Origin: Nitrospirales bacterium | Lineage (GTDB): Bacteria > Nitrospirota > Nitrospiria > Nitrospirales > UBA8639 | Reading direction: 5' to 3' | NCBI GenBank assembly: GCA_965203295.1 | Contig: CBDBCZ010000017.1 | Coordinates: 1,856,001 to 1,920,000 of the forward strand | Length of the DNA: 64,000 nucleotides | In this document: piece after piece, positions 32,501 to 59,630 of the stretch | How the letters are laid out: each line of letters starts with the position of its first letter | Numbering within the stretch: position 1 is the stretch's first letter | Notes under the pieces: generated by a model | The model's input: only the letters and a program-made list of their open reading frames with translations | What the model was told of the DNA's origin: nothing | Databases searched by the model: none | Position numbers and translations under genes: made by a program

Positions 32501-35500
32501 GGCTATATAAAGCTTGCCTACTGCTCCTCTGCCAAGGGGGCTCCAGTAGCTCAATTGGTAAGAGCATCTGACTAGTATTCAGAAGGTCCTGGGTTCAATC
32601 CCCAGCTGGGTCCCGATTTTTTCGGGATTTCTTTACTCTCTCAGAGAGCTTTCTTCTCTTGAAGAGTTCACGATGTACAGTACATTGCTTAATTTATTGG
32701 TATGCATGACCTTGTGCAAAAGAATGGTGAGGGTGTGATATTCTTTAAAGTTAGCTGTTGACTAACCTCAAACAAAACTTTCCCCCAGCTATCACATGGG
32801 TAGGGGGTAGATTATCTCTCATGATGTTGTGAAGAACCTGTAACTGTGTTTTCAATCAGCTACCATGTACTTTTAAATGAAGAAAGTCCTCTCTCTTCAA
32901 GCATAGCTGATGACAGCGTTGCACTTTCATCCATCTGCAGGGCAGATACATGGTCTGTGTTTTTCTGAGGAGAGCCAGTGTCAAGAGACTGGTCACTTGT
33001 TGAATAGGTAAGGCATGTAGTAGGTTCAGCACATAAAAAATAGCTCTCACAAGAAGTATCATGCATACCTGGTAATTCCTGTGGTCAGAGAATGTACATT
33101 TGTCTCTAAACCTCCTGAAGGCCGGCCAGTTTACATGTACTCTGTTGCCAGAGCCTGCTGGCTTTTTTTACATATGTATGCAATATTACTATTGTGTGTG
33201 TGTATTATACACTTGTCTAGCCCCGTACCCAAGCCCCTCCCACCCCGAAAAGGGCCTGGTTCCCACTGTTTGCGTATGCGCGAGGTAATTGTGAGAATGT
33301 GAACGGTCTTAGTCATATGGCCAGGAACACTACGGAGACAGCATACGAGTGTTGAAAGCTGAAGACTAAACAAGTCCTGACGTTGCATGTCTAAAAACCA
33401 GCCGGGCGTCTTTCCGGTACAATACACACAACTCATCCTAATAGGCTAAGCTAACTGCAGCTCTAGAACTACAAATAATATTACAGTAACTACTGGTATG
33501 CTACAGCGAAAGTGCTGAGTCGGCAGTTTCGTCGTGCGTTTCCAGCTAGTAACTACATGCCACGAAAACAGGATATTTACGGCTGCCTACCAAGTTTTCG
33601 CCATCTAAGCAACACACAACTACCTTCACTTGCTGTAGCTTGGCCTGCAAACCTCCAAAAGCAGCTATACACGGCAGTTGCATAGTAACGTATAACGTAA
33701 TATATTGCGCACGTGATAAGTGCGGACGCACAAACAAACAAACAGACAGACGTGGAAAACGTAAAGCAATCTTAGGACTGTGAGCTGCTCGATTTTCAAT
33801 TGCAGATGTGGCCTTCTAGGCTTTTCAGCGGCCCAGTGGAATCGAAGTTTAAACTACTGAACACTTTCTAGGCATCTACTGTATTTCCGCGATCAGACAC
33901 TGCGGCTACTAATTATTTCATCACGCAATTTTCTGCGGCCACTATTCAAGGGCGGCCACTAATCGAGGGTGGCGTTTATTAGATTGAGCAGTTTACTGGC
34001 TACACAGCAATGCATAACAGCAGTTCAAATCCGTTTCAAAATCACCGTTCGTGCCTCAACACTGTCAAAAAGCCGTCATGTTACAATGCCAGCTGTTTTT
34101 GGGGAGAGATATCGTTTCGCGGGCAGCCTTCGTCGGGCTCCAATCCCTTCGCAATCTCGAAGAAAGACAAAGGTGAAGTCTGATAACTGTTAGCTCGCAA
34201 AGTCAAGCATTACTCTACTTTTACTGTAGGTACTACATCTTCCAACCACGATACTTGAATTTTAGCCGCGTCTACTAATTGGGGGCGGCGTCTGATTGTG
34301 GAAATACGGTACTTACGAAAATATCACTACAGGCGCTATTTTCATTCATAACACGGAAACATTAACGAATTCATAACCAAACATCACGTCATTAGCGCAC
34401 AGATACAATGTATAACACAGTAGTACACGATTTACCCAGATTTCTGGTGAATAAATGAGCATGCACAAACAGTGGATACCAGGCTCACTTTCGATTGGGG
34501 TGGGAGGGGCCTGGGTATGAGGCTAACACTCGCCCTTTGTTGTGTGCAGATCTACAATTTTTGGGTTACAAAACTCTCCATGAATGCAGTATGCTGATAG
34601 TTATAGATTGTACCCTCTCTCTCTCATTGCAGTCTCAGTACCCTGATGGCCAATGGCCACTTTGATGCCCACAGTATTGCTCTGGGCATGAGAAGCAGCA
34701 GTTCTCCAGCCCTGAAACTGGAGACGGTAAGTGAAGGAATTGACTTAACTCTCATTCATTGTGTACATGTACACTGCACCATTAAGTTTAGCGGGAAATT
34801 TTTGAATGGTGAAGACTTTTGGGCATGTTGAATGATAGAATTACAATTTTTGAACGATCTTCCAGAGTCCAGTGGACTTCTATGCGTCTCTCTGCATCTT
34901 TTAGTTCTGTAGTTGACAAAGCATGCTCTCAACTTCAGATGAGAGCACAGGTAGTGATTGCATCATACAGGCATGGCTCCCACATGGGGGGTGTTAGCGA
35001 CAAGCTGAGCTGATTAGTTGTACCTCCAATTTCAGGCATAGTCTAAGCCTGTACTTACAGAATCTCAAAGCTTAGTCAGTTGTATCTGTGTACTGTGTGT
35101 GTAAGCTGAGATGAGACTGCAAACTAAAGCCTAGCTTGACTAGAAATCCACACTCTCAACCCTTCCGACTATGGAAGTCTTCACCCTTTAGCAAGCAGCT
35201 GCCCCTGAATGTAAAGGTGTCTATACAACTGCAAAACAGTACAGGCACGCTCAGACTGTAGCCTAGCTCTTCACAACTATAGCTCATCGTACATGTATAA
35301 GGCAAAAGGCACTGACTCCATTTAATGCACATCGCCATGGTTAGTCTAGCTTGCATTGCACTTATAGCTCTGCATGGTTTTCACTTATACCACTACCGTA
35401 GAGTACGTATCAAGCGCCCACGGGCGGGGAACCTTAGAATGCAGCGGAAGAGGGGGGTGGGCGCTTACTACGTATTCGTCCGCAAACATAATGTAGTATC

Positions 35501-38500
35501 CGCCCACCACCCTGGAAGTGAGGAATCTTCACCATAATATATTTTCTAACATAACATCATACTAGCCAGGTGAGCTAAACTTATATCTAAAGTACAGTGA
35601 GCGAAATCAAGTAGTAAAATTCGATCTTTAATGTGCTTTAATTAGAATACCGACGGTAAGTCAGCTAGTTACTTTGTATAATTATTTCGCAGTTATCTGC
35701 ATGCTTTTATAGCTATTCTAATACATATGCTTCAATAATTGATTAAAGAAGGCTACACTTACCTTGTTTCCTCACTTCACATCGTGTATTTGCAACGCAT
35801 TTGAGTGGGCAGATACTACGTGAATAAACGTGTACACCCCTTGCAGGAAGTTGACACTGAAGAGGGGGGTGGGCGCTTAATACATGGTGGGCACTTGATA
35901 CGTACTCTACAGTATATACGCAGTAGCCCCTTCCTGGTACTTTGTGATACATGCACTTGAGACCTTCAGGATGAGCATTCCAGCGATGAAAGTACACGGT
36001 ACTCATATGATGACGTCACAGTCTTTTTGCGTATTCTCGCTCAATCGCGCGCATCATATTACATCCGTTACACACAGACAAACTATAAGTAAAGTATTGA
36101 TTGAGAACAGTAACTGCAGCATGTCACATTCCGAGATGATAAGCTTTCTGAGTGAGTAATGAAAACTCCCCCTCGGGACGAGCTGGGGATTTAATTAACC
36201 CAGGACCTAGTCAGATGCTCTTTACCACTGAGCTATTAGAGCCCCTTGGCTGAGGAGCAGTAGGCACGCTTTATATACACCTGTAGCCACTAAACCCGCT
36301 ATAGTATCACTTGTCAATAGGGCCCAGCCTCTCGTATGTGAGGTACTGGTCACCAAAACCCATCCTAATCAAGGTATCGTTAAATTTCATGAACTACTCG
36401 TGCGTTTTGCTTACTCTCAAAATATAAGCATCAGTCATGAACTAGCTCCTTTACATTTATGAATCTCATCCCCAGCAACACCAGCAGCTACCGCTCGGTG
36501 GCCACCCGAAGGCAGAAGTCTTGGAGATGCTGGAGAGTGCAGGCAGGGGCTACCTCAACCAGCCCTTCAGTGATGATGCCAGCAGCCAGGAGAGCTTACA
36601 CTCCGAGACCATCTCCTTCACTGCTCCGTCCACTGAGCACAACCACCAGCACCATAAAGATGTTTCCCGCAAGCAGAGGAGCTCCAGCTCTCGGAGATCG
36701 TCTGAGCCTGTAACCGGTTTTCAGTCGAAGAGTAAAGGCAAAAAGAATCAAGAAAAGGAGAAGAGAAGGACAATTGCTGCCAGGTCTACTTCTCCAAAGG
36801 AAGCAAATTTGCCAGCACTCCCAGAGCAGCAGAATGGCTCCAACAGATACAGGGCTGTCTCTCCCAAACAGCCCCAACAGTCCCGAAAGCAATTTCGCAA
36901 CCCACTCCAGCAGGCGGCTAGTTTCGATGCCGTCAACAGCTCCCAAACAAGAGATTCCAGCCGTACAAAACAAGGCTGCAACAGCTCCCTCCCTGGTAGC
37001 CGCTCGTCTAGTCCCTTCTACGAGCAGAGTAATCTGCAAAAGGGCTTGGAGTCGGCAAGAACACCACAGGGACCGACTCTCGCTAGTAGTCCGGATTTAT
37101 CCTCCAGTTCTGATATGGTTTCCAAGAAACTTTTCAGTCCCGATCCGTCATCAGTCACCACTTACAGCACCCGCAGTGCAACCGTACGTGCTACATCTCC
37201 CACTCCCTCAACCCTTCGAACTCTCTTTTCACAGGCATCTACAGGAAGTACGAGTACTTTCATAGGCTCAAGTTCATTCCCACCGCCCCTGAAGGCAATA
37301 TCTCTGGCAGAGGTCGAAAACCAGATGAAGGTAGAGGTACCCAGTCCGGAAAGTGTCAACCCAGTCTCGCTCTTTGGCTCTTCAGCAAAATCCGAGAGTG
37401 GGGCTCGCATCACGTCCGAGGAAAGACAGCAGTTACTGCTACAACCTTCGGCATTCACTGCAGTAAGCTTGGCATCACTTGAACAGCAAGCACTCTCCGG
37501 GACCCACTCGAGCAGTGCTTCTACTGTTGGCCCTAGCATCTCAGTTTCCCAAAGCAGTAGTGAAATCAGTAGAGAGACCACTCCACCACCCCGCCTTCCT
37601 GCTGCTATTCTGACTGCTGTGCAGCCAGTAGCCATCTCAGTCCAGCCCCCAACACCCATAGTGACTGAATCCTATCCACTGAGTGCCCCCAGTGGGTTCA
37701 TCACACAAGTATCTTCGCCACAGGCATTTCCCGCCATCCCACCTCTAATCAACTCGCCAGGCATGCGTGCTGCTCCTCTCGTAAACCACAAACAACAACC
37801 AGTGGAGGAGGAGAAACAAATGAAGGCTAAAGGCCGGCCTGCTCTGGTAGAACAAACTCCTGAACTAGTCCCTGTGACATCCCTGCACAATTTGCATCTT
37901 AGCACCAATGTGTCAACTGAGCCCAAGCTTGTTGAACACAGTACCCCTTCCGACCCTGCTGTGCTACAGAGTCGAGAGACCTCCTCTCCTGCTTTTGACA
38001 CCCAGTCATTCCTGTCTTCATCACTTGACAGTGGGGTTGGAGGAGTAAGTGATACATGTAATTATGCAGATATCACTTCCATATTTAGGGAAGGGATATT
38101 CCCCTTCTGAGAGCACACGCCATGGACCATTCTCTCCCCTCCCTCTCTCCTTATCCCCTCCCTCCTCCCACCTTCCCAGGGTCACCCTCCTCACTCAGCA
38201 CTGGCAGCTTCTGCCCTCATGTCTCCTCTTCAGTTCAGAAGCAAGACTAGCAGCGGTAGGATCCCAGCCGACGGCATTACCAGCCTCAACAGGGAGCAGT
38301 TCAAACTTGCGTTGCTGCAACTCGTACAGGCACGTTGTATTGTATTTTTGATTGCACACTAAACGTCTGTGTATCATGTGAGATATTGGCAGAATACATT
38401 GAGTAATACGAGTGGAATACTAATTTTATTCATTGCTTGATCTATCTGCAGCACGATGAAGACTTTGTTACCTCTCTGCACAAGGCTTATCAACAGATGC

Positions 38501-38526
38501 TCTCTACCCCTTCCGGTTCTCAGTGA
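29555..38526 (+). CDS. DCP1: mRNA-decapping enzyme subunit DCP1, 8 exons: 29555-29803, 31485-31525, 31873-32000, 32941-33007, 34633-34726, 36476-38044, 38180-38329, 38452-38526; ~790 aa
   Basis: EVH1 domain (MNLLAVHKIDP..VVSYVF..NTWERTSVEGTLFVYSR..ILNRLSSDN..PFVLFK..IHGLCF..C), helical motif EVLEMLESAGRGY, long S/P-rich linker and C-terminal trimerisation helix LNREQFKLALLQLVQHDEDFVTSLHKAY; exon phases are compatible. Confidence 0.92.
32219..32292 (+). tRNA. tRNA-Thr(AGT)-like pseudogene (mutated D- and T-stems)
   Basis: As the other copies but with TAGTTC and CTGCG substitutions. Confidence 0.35.
32540..32613 (+). tRNA. tRNA-Thr(AGT)-like sequence inside the repeat
   Basis: A-box TAGCTCAATTGG, B-box GGTTCAATCC, anticodon AGT, followed by TTTTTT; TATATAAA at 32504-32511. 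Confidence 0.5.
33218..34525. mobile_element. TAG..CTA element with degenerate 9-bp TSD and two nested insertions
   Basis: TAGCCCCGTACCCAAGCCCCTCCCACCCC / GGGGTGGGAGGGGCCTGGGTATGAGGCTA; flanks ACACTTGTC / ACACTCGCC. Confidence 0.75.
33879..34309. mobile_element. TA-flanked pogo-type MITE
   Basis: TIRs CTGTATTTCCGCGATCAGAC / GTCTGATTGTGGAAATACGG, with TA flanks. Confidence 0.75.
35396..35912. mobile_element. TA-flanked pogo-type MITE (paralogue of 52184-52691)
   Basis: TIRs CCGTAGAGTACGTATCAAGCGCCCA / TGGGCACTTGATACGTACTCTACAG. Confidence 0.85.
36125..36380 (-). mobile_element. Diverged relative of the tRNA-bearing repeat
   Basis: AAAGCTTTCTGAG..CCCAGGACC..TAGTCAGATGCTCT..CCCCTTGGC-GAGGAGCAGTAGGCA..AGCCACTAAACCCGCTA match the family. 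Confidence 0.75.
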
Positions 38527-39000
38527 TCATGCATTCTTCTGGTCCATTCTGAATGTTTCAAGTATTCTGTCAATGTTGTCATGTTCCTTTTTGATATAAT
38601 ACAAACTTGTACTTTTATATTTTTCGTGTTCTCGACTGCATACGTTTGTCCACTGTTGTTTTCTCCCTTGCTTTGTTTTTCTCACCACGTTCGTTTTTTA
38701 CAAAAATGCTTATCCCCCACACAACATATGTAATGTGCGTCATCTGTTCAATCACAGACCATCATCACTATAATTTCGTTATTTACACTAGTTTATGTAC
38801 TTTTATTTATTGTTTTGGCTTTTGTCTTCTCTTTCTTGCCCCCCCCCCCTTTTCCTCCCCCTTGCCCTTTGTCTGTCTCCATCCCCTCTCTTTCTTTTCT
38901 CGGCGTTTCTTAACGCCATTAAACCTCCAAAAGGAGTCACCTAGTACTTGCTGCTCTATCAGGCATCTGCCTGTATATACGTGTGTGTGTGTGTGTGTGT

Positions 39001-39425
39001 GTCGCGGTGGTGTAGTGGTTAAAACACTGGACTCACAAACCAAGGGTTGGTGGTTCAGTGGTTAAAACACTGGACTCACAACCCAAGGGTTGGTGGTTCC
39101 AATCCCACTGTGACTACTGGTGACTAAATATTCTTTCCATCATTTATTTGGTGGTACCATCTTATGTCACCAGTACACACCAGCCCACCCGGTACCTGGC
39201 ATTTGCTGGGGTGCAAATTCGACTGACTGCTCTCATATATCAGCTTTGGCCCAGGTGGGACTTCGGGTGCCCACACCAGATGCTGAGAGAAGCAGTCAGT
39301 CCTGCGAGCTCCTAGCCCGGCTCCAGGAGTTTGCCAGCACTGGCTCAGAGTGCTTGCTTAGTGCACAAGCAGCCTGGCTTTGCCAGCTCAGGTGCGTGTG
39401 ACCGCTTATAATTAGCGGCAGCAAC
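39001..39425 (+). mobile_element. tRNA-derived SINE-like element between (TG)n tracts
   Basis: Head GTCGCGGTGGTGTAGTGGTTAAAACACTGGACTCACAA...GGTTC resembles tRNA A/B boxes and has an internal ~43-bp duplication; TG microsatellites lie on both sides. Confidence 0.6.
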
Positions 39426-40368
39426 AGAATTTGTGTGTGTGTGTGTGCTACAAGGCTAGTAACAATTTGGAGCCCCAGTGATTCAATCCTACCTATATAG
39501 CTGTCAAGCTGCATTCTTGAAATACCGAATACTATAAGCATCAGTAACAGCCCTTGTTACATGTCTTCCTGGAGTGTAATATGAGTACCAGGCACCTTCC
39601 TGTTTGAATATGTAGAAGTGTCCATGAATTAACTATGCCTATAGCTGGAAAAAATGGGTGAAAAGATACCAAGTGGCTCATCTGGTAAGTGCATGGTCTC
39701 ACACTCCTAGCCAGGCTGGGAATTGTACATGTGGTGGGTAATGGCACTGAGATACTATATTCCACCCAGGAAGTATCTCTGGTAATGGTAGTGCAGGCAT
39801 AATAATATTACAGTGGGTAGTCATGGTTCCCAGAGTAAAAGTAGGTACTTTTCGGTGAGTGAGTGTACGAGGGTCTGGGAACGAGACTAGGGTAAGACGA
39901 ATTAAATTAAATTATTTAATTTTTGAGCTACAACTCCTTCGAAGTTATAATTTTTGGACAGACAATCTGTCCAAAGAAGTGTATACCTTCAGTGCATACT
40001 GTACCAGCTCACTTATTATCCGCAGCGCCGATCCCTTAACAAAGTAGGCTGGCTCCAGCTAGTTTAGTCTACTCGCGAGCCAGACTACCGCAAAGAGGAT
40101 TAATTAATTAGTGCAAGCGGAAGTGGGCTGGCCCGCGAGGCGTAGTCGAGTCTCGCTCTCGTCAGTCTCGTGCGTAACAGCCGTGCACGCCCTCCCGCAC
40201 TCTGGCTCTTGATCGAGCGTGGCCGGTAAGACGCCGACCACGTACCGGCCAGGCCAAGCCAGGCCAGGTGGCAGGCGCCCAACTCTCTCTGGCGAGTCTA
40301 GCCGCGCCGAGACGCCGACACGCGCTACGTACGTACGCGTACGCGTGCATGCTAGCTAGCTAGCTATA

Positions 40369-40399
40369 TAGTCTCGCGGGGTCTGGCCCCGCGAGACTA
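40369..40399. mobile_element. 31-bp minimal TAG..CTA element with exact 9-bp TSD
   Basis: TAGTCTCGCGGGGTCTGGCCCCGCGAGACTA flanked by CTAGCTATA on both sides. Confidence 0.8.
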
Positions 40400-40469
40400 C
40401 TAGCTATACGCCTACACGCGCGCTATTGTCCATGATCTGAACACGCCGATAGCACGTGTGCGTGTTACT

Positions 40470-43400
40470 TAGTACATGTCAGTCAATCCGCTGGTGGTTA
40501 ACGCGTACATATAAATTCGACTTTTTTATTTGCACTTCCGGGAGCCGTACGTTAGCCCCGCCCCCACCGGACACAAAGTGGAAAAAGCGGCACCGCTACT
40601 CCTTCACAGCTGTAGCTTTACTCCTTCACTTTCACCCAACCTCAGTTACAGACTTTAGCAAGCGTTACCAGTACTTTCACCTCACCCCCTCGAGTTCCGC
40701 AACCACTGAGCGCCAACAGCGAAAACAGCACGATAGTTGGACCCTCCCACAACGAGTTCCACCCCTTCCGGGTAAGCCGGCAATTAGGGGGCTGTCCCAA
40801 ACCCGTTTAGCCTTGTCGCCCTACTACCAAACTCCAGTACATGACAGTAACAGAATTGGTCTTCTGGAAACGCTACTCAGAACCTGTGTTCTTGGAATTA
40901 ACTCATGCAATAGACCTCAACTCTCTAGCACACAAATTACAGCTTTGTGAGGTGACTTTTGATTACTTATCACCACACAGGAGCAGTCCACGGTAGCATA
41001 CAGTCCTCGGCACAATGGCAACAACATTGGTATGTCATGCATTGCACTTGAGAGTGCAAGGACAAAAGTATATATAATATTAAACTATTACGCCAGGATA
41101 ATCTGCCACATCTGTGATAGTTGTGAAGGTCATCAGGACTGGCACAGCTGTACCTGAGTGTAGTGAGGGCGTGGGGTGGGTGTGCGGTTGGTGTGGGGTG
41201 GGTGTGCATACATATAATTTATTATGCAGCATGTGTTATATTGAAATGTGAGACATTAAATTAATTTTCCACTTCCGTGATAGTTAATTGTGAAGGTCAT
41301 CAGGACTGGCACAGCGGTACCTGAGAGTAGTGTGGGTGTGGGTGTGGGGTGGGTGTGCATACATATTATTTACCGTATAGCAGGAAATTTTCGCTAGGGG
41401 AAAACTTCGCCAAACTCAGACTGATGTGTAGTATTGCGTAAAAATTTCACCAGATTGATTTTCACGCACATGTGATTTGGCAAAATTAAATTCCACGACA
41501 TTCTTAACAGCAGTTTAGCAGTCTCGAGCAGCTTGGAAAAGTGTCTTGCTGCCGCGGAATCTCCGTTCTCACTAGCGATTTGGACTTCAGTTCATTACTT
41601 AGCTTCATATAAGGCCCTCTATGTAGCCTCTTCTTGGTGCCGAGCATTGGTAATGGCTTCCGCAATCGCCGGCGCCGACGATGGCAACGAAGATGACAGC
41701 GGCCCCATTGGATCAGGGAGCTGTGCACATGGCAGAATCTGCAAATAACGCAGCAGAGCCACACCGGTAGTCGATAGTGAGCTTAACTTTCGCAGCTGCA
41801 TGCTACCGTTGACTATGTGTCAAAATTTCACTGGTCAAAATTTTTACTCGACAAAATTTTACCGGTTAAATTTTTGCCACTTGAATTGACTGGCGAAATT
41901 GGCGAAAATTTACCCCTGGCGAAAATTTCCCGCTATACGGTATTTTGAAGCATGTGTTGTATTGAAATGTGAAACAGTGAATTAATTTCCCTAGAAAACA
42001 CCACCACCTAAGGCCAGAGGTAAACACCAGAGTGGACCATGCTCACTTTGCCAGCAAGATTCTACTCGGTATTTCCGTGTAACAAACTGGTCACAAGAGA
42101 AGCTTGCTTACTTGGAAGTACACAGAAGGGACAGAATGCATGCTCCATATATGCAGAGCTTGTGAACACTGCATTTCACAACATTTCAACGATCCATTGT
42201 ACATACCACGCTGGGAAAGGGATACTGGCAATCCATCGGGCCAGCAAACTCCCTGTGCAATAGAAGGATGTGACATGCAGGGAGCAATCCGGGGTTCTGG
42301 CAAGCCTTGCATACCAAGTGGCCTGCAAATCAGAAGTACGACCTCAGACATTATCTTTTGTCCCTACCACTACCACTTAACCTATAGGCACACACATGCA
42401 AAAACAGTAGAGTGCTGTAAAACGTGCAAAGCAAAGCCTAAGCGGGGAGAAACATACAGCAGGCACTGTCCTAATCCACCAGTGGTAGAAAAGTATCTAC
42501 AAGTGATAAAGGGCTTTCCAGAAACTGTAACAAGCAGTGGTGGTTTGCTACGAATGTTACAGAAAGTTTTCAGAGCTTGTGTTTACGCTCAATCTCTTCA
42601 ACGCTCCCATTAATGACAAGAGTGACCCCACAGTGAATGGCATCAGTACCGATGCTGAGCTTGACACACTTTTACAAGGCCTACACAGTAGACTCCTCAC
42701 CGTTCCAGAACGGGTAGAATCTAGCCTATCTGACTATGGCTGGAGTATAACTGAGGATGGGGGTCTAAAAATCGAGTGGGACACAGAAGAACATGTACTA
42801 GCCCTAAGAAACCAAGTACAGCATTTGATTAGGGGTTGCAAGTGTAAAAAGGGCTGTCAAAATAACCAGTGTGGATGCAGACGAAAACAACAAAACTGTG
42901 GACCTGGCTGCTTATGTCTTAACTGTTGCAACTCACCAAATTCAGCAGATGGAGGCAATTCAGTGAATCCAGCTGACCCTTGTAGCTCCAGCAGCCAACC
43001 TTTGGCAATCCCATCAGAAGTGAGCCTTTATGAGTAGGAAGAATTCGAACAAGAAATGATAATTGCTGAAGAAATTGTATTGTGCAGCGAATCAGAAGAT
43101 TTGGCTAGTGATGCAAGCTTTTGTAACTCTGACGTCTCACAGGATGTTGATAGTGAAGAGGAACTACTATATTAATAGATTCACAAAATCCTATGGTACC
43201 ATGTGGAGTTGTCCCAAACCCGTTTAGACACTTGCAACCAAACTCTCACTTACACTACTACTACTTTAGTGTATAATGTTAATACCTACGCGCACATTAC
43301 CTGTGTTATGTAACTCCATCCTCCAAATTGAAACAGCAACGCTACAGCGCTTCCGCGGCTTCAAAACTGTACTTGAAACAGCCTCCGCTAAACTGCTCGT

Positions 43401-43629
43401 AAAATAATCAATCACGTCGACTGAACACCACTCGTGACTGAAAATGGCATATTTCTTTCCAATTAGCCATGATACAGTCTCAGATGATCACGGACGTTGC
43501 TCACAAACGCCGAGAAACTGCAGCACCCAACCAACCACGTGGCACGGCCATTTTGTAATTACGTCATTTTCGCGTTTGCAAATAAAATTGCGATAATCGC
43601 ACCACCGGCGGATTGACTGATGTACACTA
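40470..43629 (+). mobile_element. Academ-like DNA transposon remnant with a Cys-rich (CXC/Cys8) C-terminal fragment
   Basis: TIR TAGTACATGTCAGTCAATCCGCTGGTGGT matches the reverse complement of ACCACCGGCGGATTGACTGATGTACACTA; frameshifted ORFs at 42104-43037 end DYGWSITEDGGLKIEW..IRGCKCKKGCQNNQCGCRRKQQNCGPGCLCLNCCN. Confidence 0.7.
41373..41940. mobile_element. TA-flanked MITE nested in the Academ-like element
   Basis: TIRs CCGTATAGCAGGAAATTTTCGCTAGGGG / CCCCTGGCGAAAATTTCCCGCTATACGG, with TA flanks. Confidence 0.88.
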
Positions 43630-43696
43630 AGCAAGTTATTGATCATAATTCCACGCTAATTGAAATCGCGAGCCCGTTTGCAGACTCACCAGTATT

Positions 43697-58045
<14,349 letters not shown>

Positions 58046-58889
58046 AGTGCCATTGCCATCCATAAATTTGAGCTCCCAACTCTCCCGTACACGTTACTCT
58101 CCAATATTCCGACTTGCTTGGTCTATAAATCTCATGTTGTACATGATCAGCTATTTTTTATATCTGTAAAATTTATGTGGTCAGCTGTTAGAGAATACAA
58201 TATGAACCGGTTATACATGTATATTGTGTTCAGCTCTTGTGTGATCTTAGTGCCATATTCAGAGTTGCTTTTACAATCTCATTATTTATTGTATTTTTGT
58301 AAATAAAATTGATAATTATTGTATGCAAAATAAAAATTGATCAATGCAGGGGGTGTAGTCTAAGTTACAGGCCTCAGATAGAGAAAAGTAACAAGTCCTG
58401 TAAATCACAGCAAAGCTTACTACCTCTTTATGTCTAAATTTACCTTTAATTTAATTAACTCTTTTGCAGCCAAGTTTTAATACATCCATAAGGTTAATGT
58501 GAATTTATATTGGCCTTTTTATATTAGGCGTTAATATAAAGTGCATGTTTTTTCTATTTTATATGGGCACATAAATGTGCCCATGGTGTTCAAAGTGTAT
58601 GGTTACCATAGATTAACCTGCATGCATGTACATGTAGATGGTTCAGAATCACACATGCATCGATATCTCTTGAAAATAATCATCCCTCGTGCAAAAAGGT
58701 GGTTTCTATGACAATAACCTATCTGAGTCAGTACAGAAGCCAACTTGTACTAATTTTGGTATGTAGGTGGTTCACAAACAACTGCATGCCATTGCTTATG
58801 CTAGGTTACTAAGAAAACTAGGCCCAATTCAACATCCCTCCTGGGGTATAATTTAGACATGCTATCCTCAAACCCCCTTACATGTATAG

Positions 58890-59028
58890 GATAGACCACG
58901 TCACAGCGGAGGATATGCGCCTATATATCCTCCGTGGATGCGATTTTACCCGAGGCGCAGCCGAGGGATAAAACCGTATCCAAGGAGGATATTTTGGGCG
59001 CATATCCTCCGCTGGGGCGTGGTCTATC
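58890..59028. repeat. Long imperfect palindrome with central CGAGGCGCAGCCGAG
   Basis: GATAGACCACG..AGCGGAGGATATGCGCC / GGCGCATATCCTCCGCT..CGTGGTCTATC. Confidence 0.8.
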
Positions 59029-59630
59029 TGACTTATCCCACTACTGCGCATGTGCGTAACTATCGTGAAGTAGCTTGAGGTTATGTTACTAATATGTAAC
59101 TAAGGAAGTACAGTCTACAGAACTGTAGGATATGCGCCTATATATCCTACTGCTCTCGTCCAATGAAATGTATTAGAGATTATGCAATGTGGGGTAAGAC
59201 ATACATCCAGACATCAAAGTATGGCATGCAGACTCACAAATTCACAATGACCAGAGTAGCTACAGCTTCATTAGTAATACTCATATTATCTTTACTTGAC
59301 AAGTAGCCTTAGCTATACAGTACAGCTCATCAGTTATCACTCCACCTAGTACTGCTAAAGCAATGAGAAACTAGTGCTATACAAACCATACCTACGACTC
59401 ACACACTTCTAGATCTTAGTCCACAGTTCAATATCTTGAGTACAATAGCCATTCATGCCTTTATGTTAACTTTTAGGACAAAGGGACTATTCATATATAT
59501 AATTTTTAGGACAAAGGGACTATTCATATTATACAAGGATAGAATCCATACATGTAGCAGACAAAACACTATTACACACTGCCATGACACCAGACCATTT
59601 TCAAAACATGAATCAATTCCATTCCATCTG

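Larger units (their letters stand above)
32001..32676 (+). mobile_element. Two tandem copies of the tRNA-bearing repeat in DCP1 intron 3
   Basis: Two units, each starting TAGTTTTCAGTTCTGTGTCTTTGG; matches 13436-14093. Confidence 0.9.

Noticed and set aside
34549..34590. Candidate DCP1 exon (IYNFWV...)
   Set aside because: Phase is incompatible; 32941-33007 fits both phase and homology.
36596..38001. Antisense and alternative-frame ORFs over the large DCP1 exon
   Set aside because: Shadow ORFs of a Ser/Pro-rich coding exon.
39001..39115. Functional tRNA-Val(CAC) gene
   Set aside because: An internal duplication disrupts the cloverleaf; better explained as a SINE head.
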